Below are positions 62,913 to 64,000 of a stretch of DNA of 64,000 bases, one piece after another (within the stretch, counting starts at the first letter, position 1; each line of letters starts with the position of its first letter). Source of the stretch: a virus; the IMG/VR virus record IMGVR_UViG_3300048575_000193; one strand, 5' to 3'. The notes under the pieces were generated by a model, which did not search any database, was not told the DNA's origin, and worked only from the letters and a program-made list of their open reading frames with translations. Made by a program: the position numbers and the translations under genes.

Positions 62913-63349
62913 GATTCCGCCGTCAGGTGATCGAAGAATCCACCTTCAGCTACACCGTCGACCCGCTCAACCCGCCCGTAGAGCGTCACGGTGGCAACGT
63001 GGAAGCCCGCGTTAAGCGCCTCCTGTTCGCGATTGATATCGTCCGCCGTGTCAGGTCCCTCCAAGGAGAAGCCTCGAACCTTGGCGACCAGCTCTTCGGG
63101 GATCTGGGCAAGGACCTCTGCGATGGACGGCTTGAAAAACCCAGGGTAGCCGTAGGTGTGTAGCGTTCGGATTCGCCCCACGATCTCCGTTGCCTGAACC
63201 TCTCCGTCAAGGACAGGATTCCACGTGAAGGCCACCTTGCGGGTGTCAATCCACTTGATGCAGTGGAGCTTGCCGTCTCGGTGAATCAGAGGACGGATGG
63301 TCTTGAGCATCTCACTGATGCGCGCGTCGGTAATCTTGGGGATATTCAT
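62909..63349 (-). CDS. Hypothetical protein ending GGFFDHLTAES
   Basis: 146 aa. Confidence 0.75.
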   Translation of the reverse strand: MNIPKITDARISEMLKTIRPLIHRDGKLHCIKWIDTRKVAFTWNPVLDGEVQATEIVGRIRTLHTYGYPGFFKPSIAEVLAQIPEELVAKVRGFSLEGPDTADDINREQEALNAGFHVATVTLYGRVERVDGVAEGGFFDHLTAES

Positions 63350-63999
63350 CGGACATCCTTCGGTGAGGGGCCGTAAGACTTGTAGGCCACCGGAGCCTTG
63401 GCGATGCGGGCCACCGTGTGTTCGATCGTTTCAGGGCGATTCTCGTAGACCGGCTGGGCAATGGCGAGGTCCCGCCCATTAGCCTGCTGGTCACGCAAGT
63501 CGCGTGGAAGGTGGTAGTTTGGGACGAGGTTACCATCGAGGCTATGTCGGGTGCAGACCTTGCCGCTGGGGGTCTTGTCGCAATGCGTGAGGCTGATCTC
63601 GTCAACCCCTCCGCAAGCCTTGATGGCATACCGGAGCAGCGTGTGGTCAAAGTGACCAGCTCGGAAGGCGTTCTGCCACACGTTCCACTCGTTATGCGCC
63701 TCAATGTAGCCGTTGCGAATAAGCTCGGGATCCTCCGAGGGCATCGGCCCCGCCCCGTGGCGCGTGAGGTACGTCCGAAGGACGCCGACCCGGGTGAAGT
63801 TCAAGTGCCCCTTCATGAGCAGGTAGGCATTGTTGAATGTCGTCGTGCTCCGGGTGCAATGCGGCATGAAGCCCATGAATTGGTCTAGGAGGACCCCTTG
63901 GGCGCCTTCGAACACGATGGTACCGTCCCCCGCAAGCTCCTCGTCGAGCCAATCCTCGTTGACGATGTGAACCTTGGCCCTTTCAATGAGGATCTGGGC
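63346..63999 (-). CDS. Adenylosuccinate synthetase-like protein, C-terminal part (5' end outside the window)
   Basis: FEGAQGVLLD, TYLTRHGAGPMPSE, FRAGHFD...RYA, LTHCDK. Frame is open to the window edge. Confidence 0.85.
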   Translation of the reverse strand, partial: AQILIERAKVHIVNEDWLDEELAGDGTIVFEGAQGVLLDQFMGFMPHCTRSTTTFNNAYLLMKGHLNFTRVGVLRTYLTRHGAGPMPSEDPELIRNGYIEAHNEWNVWQNAFRAGHFDHTLLRYAIKACGGVDEISLTHCDKTPSGKVCTRHSLDGNLVPNYHLPRDLRDQQANGRDLAIAQPVYENRPETIEHTVARIAKAPVAYKSYGPSPKDVR

Positions 64000-64000
64000 G

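Noticed and set aside
63346-63999. Calling the gene purZ or purA
   Set aside because: Diagnostic N-terminal residues are outside the window and the C-terminal motifs diverge from both
1-64000. Genome-wide stop-codon reassignment suggested by the suppressor tRNA
   Set aside because: Conserved proteins (TK, TROVE, Rnl2, CCA enzyme, AAA) are full length in code 11, and TAA, TAG and TGA all act as real terminators

Overview
A 64 kb, GC-rich (roughly 60-65%), densely coding segment of what looks like a large phage genome. The evidence is a tail-fibre-like gene, thymidine kinase, homing endonucleases, a tRNA and about 120 mostly small hypothetical ORFs. Cys-rich lipoproteins and a pilin-type peptide suggest a Myxococcota-like host (inference). 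Recognisable genes include an RNA/tRNA repair set: RlaP-type nucleotidyltransferase, Ro60/TROVE, Rnl2-type ligase, CCA-adding/HD enzyme, PTH2-like protein and DEDDh exonuclease. Also present are an ArdC-like protein, a GHKL ATPase, AAA and ABC ATPases, a LemA-like pair, a kinase-fold protein and a partial PurA-like gene. Main observations beyond annotation: (1) an acidic-aromatic peptide, [DTG]-[FAIL]-[FYW]-[DE]-[HRKL]-L-x-[DE], usually after a Pro-rich linker, at or near the C-terminus of about 13 otherwise dissimilar proteins; (2) 22 copies of a TTGATC-N12-CGGCATA-like promoter, 18 of them exactly 8 nt before a start codon (leaderless), plus a second GGTGTAG box and a sigma-like gene; (3) a Tyr-type tRNA with a UUA ochre-suppressor anticodon; (4) a small protein ending in Gly-Gly in an operon with a Cys-containing partner; (5) a 38-aa type IV pilin mimic; (6) unannotated structured RNA leaders and repeat arrays. 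All family calls are by eye, with no database search.
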